A DNA stretch of 64,000 bases from Rikenellaceae bacterium (lineage in GTDB: Bacteria; Bacteroidota; Bacteroidia; Bacteroidales; Rikenellaceae), in the NCBI GenBank assembly GCA_017463585.1, contig JAFTOX010000007.1:35533-99532 (forward strand). The letters run 5' to 3'. Below the pieces are notes generated by a model, which did not search any database, had not been told where the DNA came from, and worked only from the letters and a program-made list of their open reading frames with translations. Made by a program: the position numbers and the translations under genes. Within the stretch, counting starts at the first letter, position 1, and each line of letters begins with the position of its first letter. Shown here piece after piece: positions 53,939 through 64,000 of this stretch.

Positions 53939-56587
53939 TTATTTACGTACAAACAGCTTGACAATTTCGCTCACCACAAATACCGCCAGCGACAGACCGC
54001 CAACCCACAGCCACTGAGTACCCGTGAGCGACACGACGTGGAAGATCGTCTGCAACGCAGGGATCAGCATCACACCGAGCATCAGCACCACAACCAGCAG
54101 GATCGCGCCCCACAGCAGTCCATTCGAAAAGAGCGTTGCGAAGGCATTTTCGTTACCCGAACGGATACTGAAAATCAGCGTCATCTGCGAGAATGCCAGC
54201 ACCGCGAAGGTCATCGTGCGAGCCACGTCAATCGACTCGCGCAGACCGATATGGTAGGCCGTGAGCACCAAAGCTGTAATCAGCACGCTCTGCAACACGA
54301 TACGAATCACAAATCCGCGCGTCAGGATACCCTGATCGGGGTCGATCGGCTTGCGGCGCATAATTCCGCGCGCTGCGGGATCGACACTCAGAGCCAGCGC
54401 AGGCAGCGAGTCGGTTACAAGATTGATCCAAAGGATATGGATCGGCAGCAACGGCGTTACCATATTGCAAATCACCGCCGTAAACAGCACCAAAATCTCA
54501 CCCAGATTGGTCGATAACATAAACTGAATCGACTTCATCAGGTTGTCGTAGATTCGGCGTCCCTCCGACACCGAGCTGACGATTGTCGCAAAATTATCGT
54601 CCGTCAGAATCACATCGGCCGCCTCCTTCGATACGTCCGTACCGGTGATTCCCATCGCCACACCGATATCGGCCAACTTCAACGCCGGAGCGTCGTTCAC
54701 ACCGTCGCCCGTCATTGCCACCACATTGCGACGCTCCTGGAACGCCTTGACAATGCGCACCTTATGCTCGGGAGCCACACGCGCAAAGACAGCCGCGTGC
54801 TCGGCCGTAGCGCGCAGTTCGTCGTCCGACATCGCCTGCACCTCGACGCCCGTATGGACCGTATTGCCCTCCTCCATAATGCCGAGCGAACGCGCGATAG
54901 CCGTTGCCGTAATCTTGTGGTCGCCCGTGATCATCACAGGTCGAATACCCGCCGCACGGCACTCAGCCACAGCCGCTTTGACCTCCTCACGTGGCGGATC
55001 GATCATACCCACCATACCCACGAAGGTCAGCCCGCACTCAACGCTTGCAGGCTCAACCACAGCGGGCAGTTCGTCGATATATTTATACGCCATCGCCAGC
55101 ACACGCAACGCGCGACCACCCATATCGAGATAGGCCGCGTTCAGTCGCTCACGATCCTCATCGGTCAGCGCACGCTCCTGGCCACGCACGTGAATCTGCT
55201 CGCAGCAGGCCAACATCTCGTCCATCGCGCCCTTCACGGCCACCAGCAATCGTCCCGACGAGGGGTCGCGGTGAATGGTTGTCATCAGTTTGCGCTCCGA
55301 ATCGAACGGGATCTCAGCCTCACGCGGAGCCTCCGTGTCGAGCACATCTTTATGGAATCCCCACTTCAAGCCCAAGTCGAGCAGAGCCGTCTCGGTCGGG
55401 TCGCCAAGTGTCTGCACTCGACCACCTTCACGGCTCAGTTTACCGTCATTGGCGAGGTTGGCAATGCGCACCAGCAGACGCTCGGCATCGGTATCGACCA
55501 CATCGTCAGCCACCAGCACATTGTCGGTATAGATATGCGTTACGGTCATTCGGTTTTGGGTCAGCGTACCCGTCTTGTCCGAGCAGATTACGGTCGTACT
55601 ACCGAGCGTCTCGACCGAGGGCAGATTGCGGATAATCGCATTCTTCTTAGCCAGACGCTGCACGCCGATTGCCAACACGATGGTCGAAACTGCGGGCAGA
55701 CCTTCGGGAATCGCCGCCGCAGCCAAACTCACCGCCGTCATAAACATCGTCATCAGGTCGTTGCCATACAACACACCCACCACAAATATCAGCACGCAGA
55801 TAGCCAACGCTGCCACAGCCAGATACTTACCCAACTGATCCAAACGCTGTTGCATCGGGGTTTTGGTTTCGGGCACGGACTGGATCATCGAGGCAATCTT
55901 GCCCACCTCCGAGCGCTCGCCCACAGCCGTAACCACACCGCGACCACGACCATAGGTAACCGAACACGACGCAAAAGCCATATTGGTTCGGTCGCCAATC
56001 GGAGCCTCGCCCTCGATTGTCGCAGTCTGCTTCTCGACGGGCAGCGACTCGCCCGTGAGGGCCGCCTCCTGAATCTTCAAATTGACCGACTCGGTGAGTC
56101 GCATATCGGCAGGCACGCTATCGCCCGTCTCGATCTCGACCACGTCGCCCACGACCAACTCGCGCGACTCGATCACCTGCACCTCGCCTCCGCGTACCAC
56201 CTTGCAGTGCGGTGCCGCCATCTTTTCCAGCGCATCGAGCGACTTCTCGGCCTTCGCCTCCTGCGCCACGCCGATGATGGCGTTGAGCACCACGATGACC
56301 ATAATGATAATGGCGTCGGTGAAGCCCTCGCCTTCGAGCACTCCCACCACGCCCGATATGACCGCCGCCGCTATGAGCACCAGAATCATAAAGCTCTTGA
56401 ACTGCGTGAGGAACTTGACTAAGAGCGAAGTATGTTTTGTTTTTCGGAATTCGTTGTAGCCGTCGCGCGCCAAGCGTTCAGCCGCCTCCGAGGCCGACAG
56501 ACCACGCGCTGCATCGGTCGAAAGTTGCTCGGTGAGCTCATCAACCGAGAGGTTATAGACATTTTCGAGTTTCATATCTGTTTGCAT
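53939..56587 (-). CDS. P-type ATPase, P2A (Ca2+-transporting/PMCA-SERCA-like)
   Basis: TGES, IPEGL, CSDKTGTLT, DPPR, TGD, MTGDGVNDAPAL, WINLVTDSLPALAL. Confidence 0.95.
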   Translation of the reverse strand: MQTDMKLENVYNLSVDELTEQLSTDAARGLSASEAAERLARDGYNEFRKTKHTSLLVKFLTQFKSFMILVLIAAAVISGVVGVLEGEGFTDAIIIMVIVVLNAIIGVAQEAKAEKSLDALEKMAAPHCKVVRGGEVQVIESRELVVGDVVEIETGDSVPADMRLTESVNLKIQEAALTGESLPVEKQTATIEGEAPIGDRTNMAFASCSVTYGRGRGVVTAVGERSEVGKIASMIQSVPETKTPMQQRLDQLGKYLAVAALAICVLIFVVGVLYGNDLMTMFMTAVSLAAAAIPEGLPAVSTIVLAIGVQRLAKKNAIIRNLPSVETLGSTTVICSDKTGTLTQNRMTVTHIYTDNVLVADDVVDTDAERLLVRIANLANDGKLSREGGRVQTLGDPTETALLDLGLKWGFHKDVLDTEAPREAEIPFDSERKLMTTIHRDPSSGRLLVAVKGAMDEMLACCEQIHVRGQERALTDEDRERLNAAYLDMGGRALRVLAMAYKYIDELPAVVEPASVECGLTFVGMVGMIDPPREEVKAAVAECRAAGIRPVMITGDHKITATAIARSLGIMEEGNTVHTGVEVQAMSDDELRATAEHAAVFARVAPEHKVRIVKAFQERRNVVAMTGDGVNDAPALKLADIGVAMGITGTDVSKEAADVILTDDNFATIVSSVSEGRRIYDNLMKSIQFMLSTNLGEILVLFTAVICNMVTPLLPIHILWINLVTDSLPALALSVDPAARGIMRRKPIDPDQGILTRGFVIRIVLQSVLITALVLTAYHIGLRESIDVARTMTFAVLAFSQMTLIFSIRSGNENAFATLFSNGLLWGAILLVVVLMLGVMLIPALQTIFHVVSLTGTQWLWVGGLSLAVFVVSEIVKLFVRK

Positions 56588-56754
56588 TTCTAATGTTTCA
56601 CACCTACAAAATTAACAATCCTGCGCCAATTTCCAACACCCTGCGCGCGACGAAAATTCCCCCATTGGTCGAGAGTGTGGTCAAAAGCGTTGAAAATCCC
56701 GAAAAATTTGCTAAATTTGTCAAAAATAAACAATCTTAAAACTCCAATACCACT

Positions 56755-58680
56755 ATGAAGAGAGTACTTTCGCTCGTTGTTTGCGCCCTCGCTGCGCTGG
56801 CGGCTCACGGTCACAACATCTATACCATCTACCCCACCCCGCAGAATCAATACGCCTTCGAAGGCAAGTCATCGTTCACGCCCGAAGTGAATGTCGTTGT
56901 CGAAAAGGAGATCGACCAAACAACCATCAACCGTGCCGTGCAAGTGCTTAACGATCACGGATTTAAGGCGACCATATCGAACGTCATCGCCAAGAATGGC
57001 TCGAACCTTCTGCTCGGTGTTGCAGGCTCGAAGGGTACGGTCGACCGCCACGTTTCGTCGATGAGCCTCGACCGCTCGCTCTTTGCGCTCGACGGAAAGT
57101 ATGACCGCCACCTGCTGACCCTCACGGGCAACAAGCGTGGCGAGGCTCAGGTGGTCATCTTGGGCGAGCATACCGACGCCGTTTTCTATGGTCTGGCGTC
57201 GCTCGAACAGATGTTGGATCAGGGCACGAGCGATATGCAGTGCGTGCTGATCGAGGACTATGCCGACATCAAATATCGTGGCGTGATCGAGGGTTACTAC
57301 GGCGTGCCCTACTCGGCCGAAGTTACGAAGGATCTGTTCCGCTTTATGGCTCGTTTCAAGATGAATACATATATGTATGGTGCCAAATCGGACGAGTACC
57401 ACTCGCGTTATTGGAGTGAGCCATACCCCACCGAAATCACTGAACAACAGCGTCGTATCGGTTTCCTTACACAGGATATGATGCGCGACATCACCAACGT
57501 TGCACACGCCACCAAGGTCAATTTCATCTGGGCAATCCACCCGGGTCGCGCCTTCGCAAAGGCCGACAACGAGGAGGTGCTCGGCAAGATTATGACCAAA
57601 TTCGAGAGTATGTACTCGCTCGGCGTTCGCCAATTTGGCGTCTTTGTCGATGACGTCGGCGTGCCGACCGAGGTCGAGGAGATGGAGATCTGCGCCCGCA
57701 ATATCGACGAGCTGCAAAAGCGTATCGACGCTCGCTGGAACGCTCCGAATACCCCCATTGCCGAGCAGGTCAAGCCTCTGCACTACGTTCCTCAGCTCTA
57801 CTGCTACTCGTGGGGTACTCCGCAGACAGTCAAGAACTTCTTCGGTTCGCTCTCGAAGACCGACCCCAAGATCAACATCTACATCACGGGTCGCAACGTT
57901 TGGTCGGTGCCGAGCAACAAGGATATCGCCCACGTCAAGCAATATCTGGATCGTGACGTGAGCTGGTGGTGGAACTATGCGTGCAACGACGCCGACTTCA
58001 CCAAACTCTTCATTATGGATATGTACACCAACTTCCGCGACGAGTCGCACATCGACAATCTGGCGCGTTTGGAGAGCACGCTCAACGGAACAAATACACT
58101 GATTATCAACCCTATGCAGCAGGGCGCAGCGTCGAAGATTCCGCTGTTCAGCGTTGCCGATTATGCGTGGAATACCGACGCCTTCAACAACGACAAGAGC
58201 TGGGAGGCTTCGCTGCCCGCCGTTGTTGGCGAGGAGCGCGCCGTGGCTCTGCGCAAGGCTGCCCCCTACCTGCGCTACTTCGATTCGGACGGTCTGACCT
58301 ACCTCTTCGAGCGCTACAAACTCTCGATCCGTCGCGGCAAACCCGACCATCAGGCTCTGCTCGAAGAGTTGCGTGCAATTCACGCGGCCTGCGTCGAACT
58401 GAAAAAGATGAAGGACTCGACCGACGAGAGCGACCGCCTATTCTATGGCGACGTGCGTCCGTGGCTGCTCAAATTGGAGGCGATGACGGGCGAGGCAATC
58501 GCTCTGTTCGAGGGCAAAACTCCGCCCACGGTGGACTACGAAAATAACCCCGACTTCCAATTCGAGATCCTGAACGGAATGGGCAACCACATCTCACTCA
58601 AAGTGATGACCGCCGAGCCTTCGGCCGAGTGCCTGCCCGAAATGATCAAGTGGTTGCGCGAGCAGGACGAAATTTTGTAA
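56755..58680 (+). CDS. GH84 beta-N-acetylglucosaminidase (with N-terminal GH20b-like domain)
   Basis: YRGVIEGYYGVPY, YMYGAKSD, FIWAIHPG, FGVFVDDV (catalytic DD), WWNYACND, INPMQQ. Confidence 0.9.
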   Translation: MKRVLSLVVCALAALAAHGHNIYTIYPTPQNQYAFEGKSSFTPEVNVVVEKEIDQTTINRAVQVLNDHGFKATISNVIAKNGSNLLLGVAGSKGTVDRHVSSMSLDRSLFALDGKYDRHLLTLTGNKRGEAQVVILGEHTDAVFYGLASLEQMLDQGTSDMQCVLIEDYADIKYRGVIEGYYGVPYSAEVTKDLFRFMARFKMNTYMYGAKSDEYHSRYWSEPYPTEITEQQRRIGFLTQDMMRDITNVAHATKVNFIWAIHPGRAFAKADNEEVLGKIMTKFESMYSLGVRQFGVFVDDVGVPTEVEEMEICARNIDELQKRIDARWNAPNTPIAEQVKPLHYVPQLYCYSWGTPQTVKNFFGSLSKTDPKINIYITGRNVWSVPSNKDIAHVKQYLDRDVSWWWNYACNDADFTKLFIMDMYTNFRDESHIDNLARLESTLNGTNTLIINPMQQGAASKIPLFSVADYAWNTDAFNNDKSWEASLPAVVGEERAVALRKAAPYLRYFDSDGLTYLFERYKLSIRRGKPDHQALLEELRAIHAACVELKKMKDSTDESDRLFYGDVRPWLLKLEAMTGEAIALFEGKTPPTVDYENNPDFQFEILNGMGNHISLKVMTAEPSAECLPEMIKWLREQDEIL

Positions 58681-58706
58681 TTGGCTGACAATTAAACGAC
58701 TATACT

Positions 58707-59417
58707 ATGAAAAGATTTTTGCTTGCGGCCATTGCGCTCGTAGCGTCGGTCGCACTCTATGCACAGCAGCCTACGCCCTTCAACGGGCAGATCGTTGCGC
58801 CCAACGGCAAGGGTTTGAAGGCTCAGCTCACGATCAAGGGCACGGATCTGGCGGCAAACGCCGATAAACGAGGTCACTTCGGATTCAGCACGCTCAATGC
58901 CGACGACGTTTTGGAGATCAAATGCAACAAGCAGGTGCGCGAAGTGAAGGTCGAGGGTCGACAGTCGTTGCGCATCGTTTGGAGCGACGACGCGATCGAG
59001 GTGAGCGAGGACGCACAACTTGTCAGCGAGGGCGAGGAGTGGGTCAAACGTCGTGAGTATCTGAACGATATGTCGAAAATTATGGGCGCCGACTTGCGTC
59101 GTAGCGGAGCGCATTCGTTGATTAGTGCGCTGCGTGCCCGCGTGCCGAGTATCGAGATCGACTCACAGGGTCGTGTGATTATCCACCGCGGCTCGGTGCA
59201 GAAGTCGAGCGGCGGCATTGGCGACCGTGCGCCGATCAACTTCAATGCGCTGATTGTGGTTGATGGTCAGGAGGTTCAGTCGCTGAATGATGTGAGTCTG
59301 TTCGATGTTGGAATGATCAAGATTTTGGACGAGGCACCGTTGTACGGATTCCGTGGCGTGAATGGTGTTGTGGAGATCACCTCGGAGGGCGCACTCAAAC
59401 GCCAACAACAGGATTAA
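58707..59417 (+). CDS. Secreted protein with an N-terminal beta-sandwich and a TonB-receptor-like plug domain, no barrel
   Basis: Signal peptide ending YA-QQ; ALIVVDG...SLFDV..IKILD.APLYGFRGVNGVVEITS, then stop. Confidence 0.72.
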   Translation: MKRFLLAAIALVASVALYAQQPTPFNGQIVAPNGKGLKAQLTIKGTDLAANADKRGHFGFSTLNADDVLEIKCNKQVREVKVEGRQSLRIVWSDDAIEVSEDAQLVSEGEEWVKRREYLNDMSKIMGADLRRSGAHSLISALRARVPSIEIDSQGRVIIHRGSVQKSSGGIGDRAPINFNALIVVDGQEVQSLNDVSLFDVGMIKILDEAPLYGFRGVNGVVEITSEGALKRQQQD

Positions 59418-59437
59418 CCCCACCCACCGACCAAAGC

Positions 59438-59468
59438 AAAACCGCACCCCCGTCGAGGGTGCGGTTTT
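59438..59468. terminator. Bidirectional terminator
   Basis: AAAACCGCACCC-7nt-GGGTGCGGTTTT. Confidence 0.85.
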
Positions 59469-59483
59469 TTTATTTGGGACGAG

Positions 59484-60011
59484 CTATTTTGTCATCTCGG
59501 CGATTGTCGAGAGGAGCGCGTCGAGCTCGGCGGACGTAGGCTCGGCAGAGATCGAAATCACACGTCCATCGGTGTCAATCAGATAGTTACGTGGGACGTA
59601 GCGGGTGGCATAGAGCGCATAAATCTCGCCCGTGGGATCGCAACCCATATCGAACGTATAGCCGTTTTCACGTCGGAACTGCTCGACGGTCGATCGGTTT
59701 TCGTTGCGGGCAATGGGCAGGAAATGGAACTTCGAACGGTCGAAGGCTGTGATTCGGCTCTTGATATGCTCAAATTGGGCGTGGCAGTCGGGACAAGCGG
59801 ACGAGAAGAAGGTGAGGAGGACGATTTTCCCGCGCAGATCGTCGAGCGAGGTTGTCGGTCCGTCGAGCGTTTCGACGACAAACGCAGGCGCGAGGTCGCC
59901 GACGCGCACACGTGTAGTCTGCTCATAGGTTGGATCTTGGCTTTCGATACAACTTGCGAACGACATTGCAGTCAACGTGCAGACCAGCATATGTATTAAA
60001 CGGTGTTTCAT
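59484..60011 (-). CDS. TlpA/ResA-like thioredoxin-fold lipoprotein
   Basis: Lipobox FASC; GDLAPAF; CPDC; YVPRNYLID. Confidence 0.85.
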   Translation of the reverse strand: MKHRLIHMLVCTLTAMSFASCIESQDPTYEQTTRVRVGDLAPAFVVETLDGPTTSLDDLRGKIVLLTFFSSACPDCHAQFEHIKSRITAFDRSKFHFLPIARNENRSTVEQFRRENGYTFDMGCDPTGEIYALYATRYVPRNYLIDTDGRVISISAEPTSAELDALLSTIAEMTK

Positions 60012-60096
60012 TGTCAGTTTATTCAAAAAGCAGCAAGCCCTTTTCTCGACTTGCTGCTTCCCCTCATCAACCCTTTCTATACTAAATATTTATATA

Positions 60097-63063
60097 CTAA
60101 TTAACAACGACGCAACGCATATAAGCCATATCACTGTCGGTATGAGTAGTAGAATTCTCAACTGAATTGGCTCCATAGGTATCAAAACCCATAGTAAAAT
60201 AGTTAAAATCGTGCGCATAGTCATAGTCACCGACGCCTGTTTCATTATCTGACTTAGACGTCTGATGTACACGCGTTCTATACCAATAAATCACACCCTT
60301 ACGCAACCACAAATCGTAGAATACGGGCAACTGCGAAGCAGTAGTAATACCTTTTCCTTTGCCGTCCCAACCCGTGGACGTATCGGGGAAATAAGAACTT
60401 CGCTGACCATACTGCAATACGCCATACTTAATATTGGCAGGATTCAAACCCCAAGAGTATGCATATAGGTCAGCAGCCTTACGGTGACCAAAGCCCGTGG
60501 CCGATAGCGGGAAGAAGGTATGGTTACCGCCTTGCGAATCGTCCCAAATAAATACACCTTGCATACCCTTAGTCTGACCCTCTTCCATATACATATAAGC
60601 ATCTACCCCGCTGGGATCATATTTTGCGACAGTTCGGTCGATGGTTTCGGTACACTCATCGCCATACATTACACCATAGTAACGGCGCAATTGCTCCAAT
60701 GCTAACCATTGAGTTTTAGTAGGAGGAACACCGCCCTCGGCGTTCATCAGATTAAAGCCACCCGTAGGATCCCAAACCGCAGTACGCCACGTGTAATCAT
60801 CGTGCTGCACGGGCGATCCCGTCGAGGTATCAATAACCTTATACTTGAAATTCTGATAGGTGCTTGCGTTATCCGTTTCGACTTTCCAACCCCAAGTGAT
60901 GTTATTGATTGGCAGGTAAGCCAAATTAGAACAACCAAACTTAAACATTCCACCCTCCAATAACGGATTATTTACAAGTTTGCCATTGTACTCAACATTA
61001 CGGGTGTGCCACGTTGTGCCAGCAAGATTGACGTTACCCAAGCCTTGGCTAACAAAGATATAATGTACACAATTAAAATTGTGATACAACACTTTAATCA
61101 CGCCACATCGATAAGCATTTTTGTCAATAGTGCTACCCGGGCGATAATCGAAACAAATTTCAGAACCCGTACCACCCGTAATCTTGGCATTGCCCCACGA
61201 GGTCGAGTTCTTGGTCTTGATCTGCACCCAATCTGCACCCTCAATCACCTCAGCACTCCAAGGTCCGTCAGACGTAGTCGGGAAGAACTCCTTTGCCAAA
61301 TAGCCCGTAGCGTCGGTATCTTCACCGTCCATCTCCATTAGTTTCACCTCGAATGGCGTCTGCTTGTCGCCCGAACGCCAAATACCAGCAGGATTCACAG
61401 CACGTCGCACCTGAATAACCTTTGTGTCAATTGTTCGCTTAACGCCATCGACCGTCGCCGTAACACGCACAGTTGCAATACGTTGGTGACCCGTAAAGGG
61501 GTTATGACCCGTAAACGATGTTTGGAGTGTCAGCGGGCGAGTCCACACTCGCACCTTATAATTCCAACCATTGGCTGTTTCGGTTTTCGTTGTTGGAGCA
61601 GTTACCTTTTGCTCTGACGAATTCGCCCACGCCTTGCGGGTATCTGCCGAGATTGTTACAACTTTTCGCTGCAAGAACGAAAGGAATCCATTGTAATCTT
61701 CGGTCTGGTATGCCGAATATTTATGTTCGGGATAGCCCCACGGATTGTCAATAATTTCAGCACTAAAATTCGTAACATTCTGACCCTGAATCACAATCGG
61801 AATATCCAAATACTCATTATAACCATACGAGATATAAAGAGGGCTCGGAACCGTCAATTCGGGGCTCTCGGGCTCGTACTCGATATGCCAGTCGGGGTCG
61901 TTGGCGTTGTTCTTGAACTTCAACGTCAACTTATAGTGGTTGTTACGCTCGGCATTGAAGTCCGTCGTAATATCCTTACCCAACATAAAGCGATAGATAA
62001 TCGGACCCTGCGACGCCGCCTCGGCAGTCTTATTCACGTAGTAGCCCTTGACCTCTATATACGAGCCATAGGGCTTGTCATCCTTCGAGTCGTAGTTCTT
62101 ATATTGGTGCTTGTTGGGGTTCGTGCCCTGCATATTCTCGAAGAAATAGAGCGCATTCGCAGTCTCGGAGTGTACCTCCTCATTATCCACCGCCGTAGTG
62201 CCGTTCGGGTACAAAATACCCGTCGGGATACCCTTCGTAACTCGCAGACCCTCAGTCTGTGTCGTCGATCCCTTCGCGCGGTGGTAGATCACCTCGCCAT
62301 CAGCAATCAGCTCATCTTTTGCGTCGGGAGTATTGTCCGCACCAAGCAAGCAGTTGGTCGGGATATCCTTGATCTGGACCGTATGGATATAGATGTAGAT
62401 ATTCTCGTAGAGATTCGTACCGTCGAACGCAACCGTGACCTTCGACGCTGCACGGCGCACCCACGCATAGAGCGACATCTTAGCCTTGTTGATCGTCAGC
62501 AGAGGAACCTCAGCATCGTCTCGCAACTTATCGACCGTCGGGACTTCGGCTGTGGTCGTGAAGTAACCGAACATCGCATTGTTCTTAGCCACGTCGCTCG
62601 CATTCCACGTCAGCGAGATATTGCGCAGATCGTCCTCGCTCTGCACCTGAGCCTCGTCGGGCGTGTAGTTTGCAACGACATAGAAACGGTACTTGCCGAA
62701 TGGAATCGGATCGTTCATCGTGAAGGTCGCACGGCAGGTGCTGCTCTCGGCGAAATACTCAGGATCGGTGTTGGGATTTGTCGGCGACGTGGGCTCATCG
62801 GTCTTGAAGGTCGAAATCGGATAGAGTCCAAACAACGTGCCATCTTCCTTATACACAACCACGTGGAGCGACTTGATCTGCTTGATCGCATTGCCCGCCG
62901 TACGGGTCAGCTGCGACGCCATCGGGCGGAACTCAACGCCGAGTGTCAGCCTGCTTGCGCCCTCACCAATCACCTCATCAATCTCATCGGGACCGTCGAT
63001 ACAAGCCGTCAGCCCCAAAGCCAAAACCACGAAGGTAAATATGTGAAATAATGCACGTTTCAT
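60097..63063 (-). CDS. Type V pilus tip/ancillary lipoprotein (DUF4906/Mfa-like) with a variable C-terminal domain
   Basis: Lipobox LTAC; processing-site-like LTR-TAG; RRAASKVTVAFDG; YFFENMQG; GSYIEVKGYY; YRFMLG; RNNHYKLTL; DPDWHIEY. Confidence 0.82.
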   Translation of the reverse strand: MKRALFHIFTFVVLALGLTACIDGPDEIDEVIGEGASRLTLGVEFRPMASQLTRTAGNAIKQIKSLHVVVYKEDGTLFGLYPISTFKTDEPTSPTNPNTDPEYFAESSTCRATFTMNDPIPFGKYRFYVVANYTPDEAQVQSEDDLRNISLTWNASDVAKNNAMFGYFTTTAEVPTVDKLRDDAEVPLLTINKAKMSLYAWVRRAASKVTVAFDGTNLYENIYIYIHTVQIKDIPTNCLLGADNTPDAKDELIADGEVIYHRAKGSTTQTEGLRVTKGIPTGILYPNGTTAVDNEEVHSETANALYFFENMQGTNPNKHQYKNYDSKDDKPYGSYIEVKGYYVNKTAEAASQGPIIYRFMLGKDITTDFNAERNNHYKLTLKFKNNANDPDWHIEYEPESPELTVPSPLYISYGYNEYLDIPIVIQGQNVTNFSAEIIDNPWGYPEHKYSAYQTEDYNGFLSFLQRKVVTISADTRKAWANSSEQKVTAPTTKTETANGWNYKVRVWTRPLTLQTSFTGHNPFTGHQRIATVRVTATVDGVKRTIDTKVIQVRRAVNPAGIWRSGDKQTPFEVKLMEMDGEDTDATGYLAKEFFPTTSDGPWSAEVIEGADWVQIKTKNSTSWGNAKITGGTGSEICFDYRPGSTIDKNAYRCGVIKVLYHNFNCVHYIFVSQGLGNVNLAGTTWHTRNVEYNGKLVNNPLLEGGMFKFGCSNLAYLPINNITWGWKVETDNASTYQNFKYKVIDTSTGSPVQHDDYTWRTAVWDPTGGFNLMNAEGGVPPTKTQWLALEQLRRYYGVMYGDECTETIDRTVAKYDPSGVDAYMYMEEGQTKGMQGVFIWDDSQGGNHTFFPLSATGFGHRKAADLYAYSWGLNPANIKYGVLQYGQRSSYFPDTSTGWDGKGKGITTASQLPVFYDLWLRKGVIYWYRTRVHQTSKSDNETGVGDYDYAHDFNYFTMGFDTYGANSVENSTTHTDSDMAYMRCVVVN

Positions 63064-63091
63064 TATCGTTGTCGTTCGTTTTCTATTCGTT

Positions 63092-64000
63092 CTATTGACC
63101 GAACTCGGGGTACAACCAATACTCGCCATAGGGATAAACTCGCACCACGCAATTCAAATCGGTCAGTTCGTCGTTGAGCGTTACATCGACCACCACGTGA
63201 GTATTTCGCGGCAGAGCGGTCAGGTTGTTGAAGTAGCCATTCTCGTAGGTCTCATCGCCCACGGTCAGCGAGATCTTATAGTTGCGACCCACCGTAGAGG
63301 GGTCATCGTTGTAGTTGCTTTCGAGCAGATAGATCGGATCGAGCTCCACCTTGCCATTGCTGGTCGCACTCTTCGCCGGCACCGTTTTGTCCGCAAACGT
63401 AGCCTTGAAATTGTAGTGCTCGTTGTTACCGATCATCGGCACGTTGTAGCTCTTGATATATGTAATGGTCGTTCCGTCCTCCTCGCTCAGCTCACCATAG
63501 ACCACCTCATTGGGCAGCAGATACTCACGACGTGCCAACTTCGAGATGGTCAGCTGTTTGAGCGCCAGAGGCTCGTTACTCGTGTTGATTATACGGAACG
63601 TGAATTTGACCGCCGCACGCACAATAATCAGCTCGACGTTTGTGTCCTGTTTCTCAAGCACATCGACGCTGTGGCACTCGCTCATAAACAGCGGCAGCGC
63701 CATCTGTGTCAGTGCATCATTGACCTCGATCAGCGAGGTCTCGTCGGTCTCGATATCCTTTCCCGTTATGTCATTGGTCGGGAATTGTTCACCGACCTTG
63801 ATTGCTGCAAAGTCGTAATTTGCGACCTTGCGACCTGAATTGAACTTGGTATTTTCGTTCGCAAACAGATATACTTTTTTGGTTTCGCCTCCGACCACCT
63901 CGAACTGCGCCGTTGCGAAGTAGGTTGTAGGCACTTGGTGGAAATCGTAGTAACGATTGTGCTCGACCGTACCATCAGGACGGACGATGATGATACGCAG
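63092..64000 (-). CDS. Type V pilin (FimA/Mfa-like), 3' part; starts beyond the right edge
   Basis: Frame open from 64000: LRIIIVRPDG..., KKVYLFANE, LPLFMS, IVRAAVKFTF, ALPRNTHVVV, VYPYGEYWLYPEFGQ. Confidence 0.8.
   Translation of the reverse strand: MRIIIVRPDGTVEHNRYYDFHQVPTTYFATAQFEVVGGETKKVYLFANENTKFNSGRKVANYDFAAIKVGEQFPTNDITGKDIETDETSLIEVNDALTQMALPLFMSECHSVDVLEKQDTNVELIIVRAAVKFTFRIINTSNEPLALKQLTISKLARREYLLPNEVVYGELSEEDGTTITYIKSYNVPMIGNNEHYNFKATFADKTVPAKSATSNGKVELDPIYLLESNYNDDPSTVGRNYKISLTVGDETYENGYFNNLTALPRNTHVVVDVTLNDELTDLNCVVRVYPYGEYWLYPEFGQ

Noticed and set aside
1-64000. CRISPR array, rRNA, IS element or invertible promoter
   Set aside because: No regularly spaced 25-45-bp repeats, rRNA signatures, transposase ORFs or promoter-flanking inverted repeats with a recombinase were seen.

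Overview
A 64-kb chromosomal window from a GC-rich Bacteroidota organism, probably a gut Rikenellaceae/Alistipes-like genome. The assignment rests on SusC/SusD genes, TAnnTTTG promoters, Ala-Gln signal-peptide ends and rpmE2. Left to right: (1) the 5' part of a starch-type SusC, a maltose-type MFS and a divergent LytS/LytTR pair with 21-bp-spaced direct repeats; (2) a bile-acid:Na+ symporter-family/acyltransferase/Omp85-barrel operon; (3) an accessory island (about 11.7-19.05 kb) with an HTH-WYL regulator, an EVE-like/HD-hydrolase fusion and a 76-aa protein behind duplicated operator+promoter units, back to back with a CHASE2 / secreted partner / secreted TPR-CHAT (caspase-like) operon; (4) a ~25-kb ROK-associated SusC/D PUL with phosphodiester glycosidase, two GHL10 proteins, a metallophosphoesterase, two SGNH esterases, an AGE epimerase and an AmpG-like MFS; (5) a tRNA(CAU) with an unusual T-loop, housekeeping genes (rpmE2, nhaA, FNT, pnuC-thiN, a cytochrome c peroxidase with its own system II maturation genes, a P-type ATPase, GH84); (6) the end of a type V pilus cluster whose tip gene is a GC mosaic. 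The best candidates for undescribed systems are the WYL-controlled EVE-HD module and the extracytoplasmic CHASE2-CHAT module, followed by the PUL, which may target bacterial envelope glycopolymers. All family calls come from recognising motifs by eye; no database searches were run. No CRISPR array, rRNA, integrase or transposase was seen.
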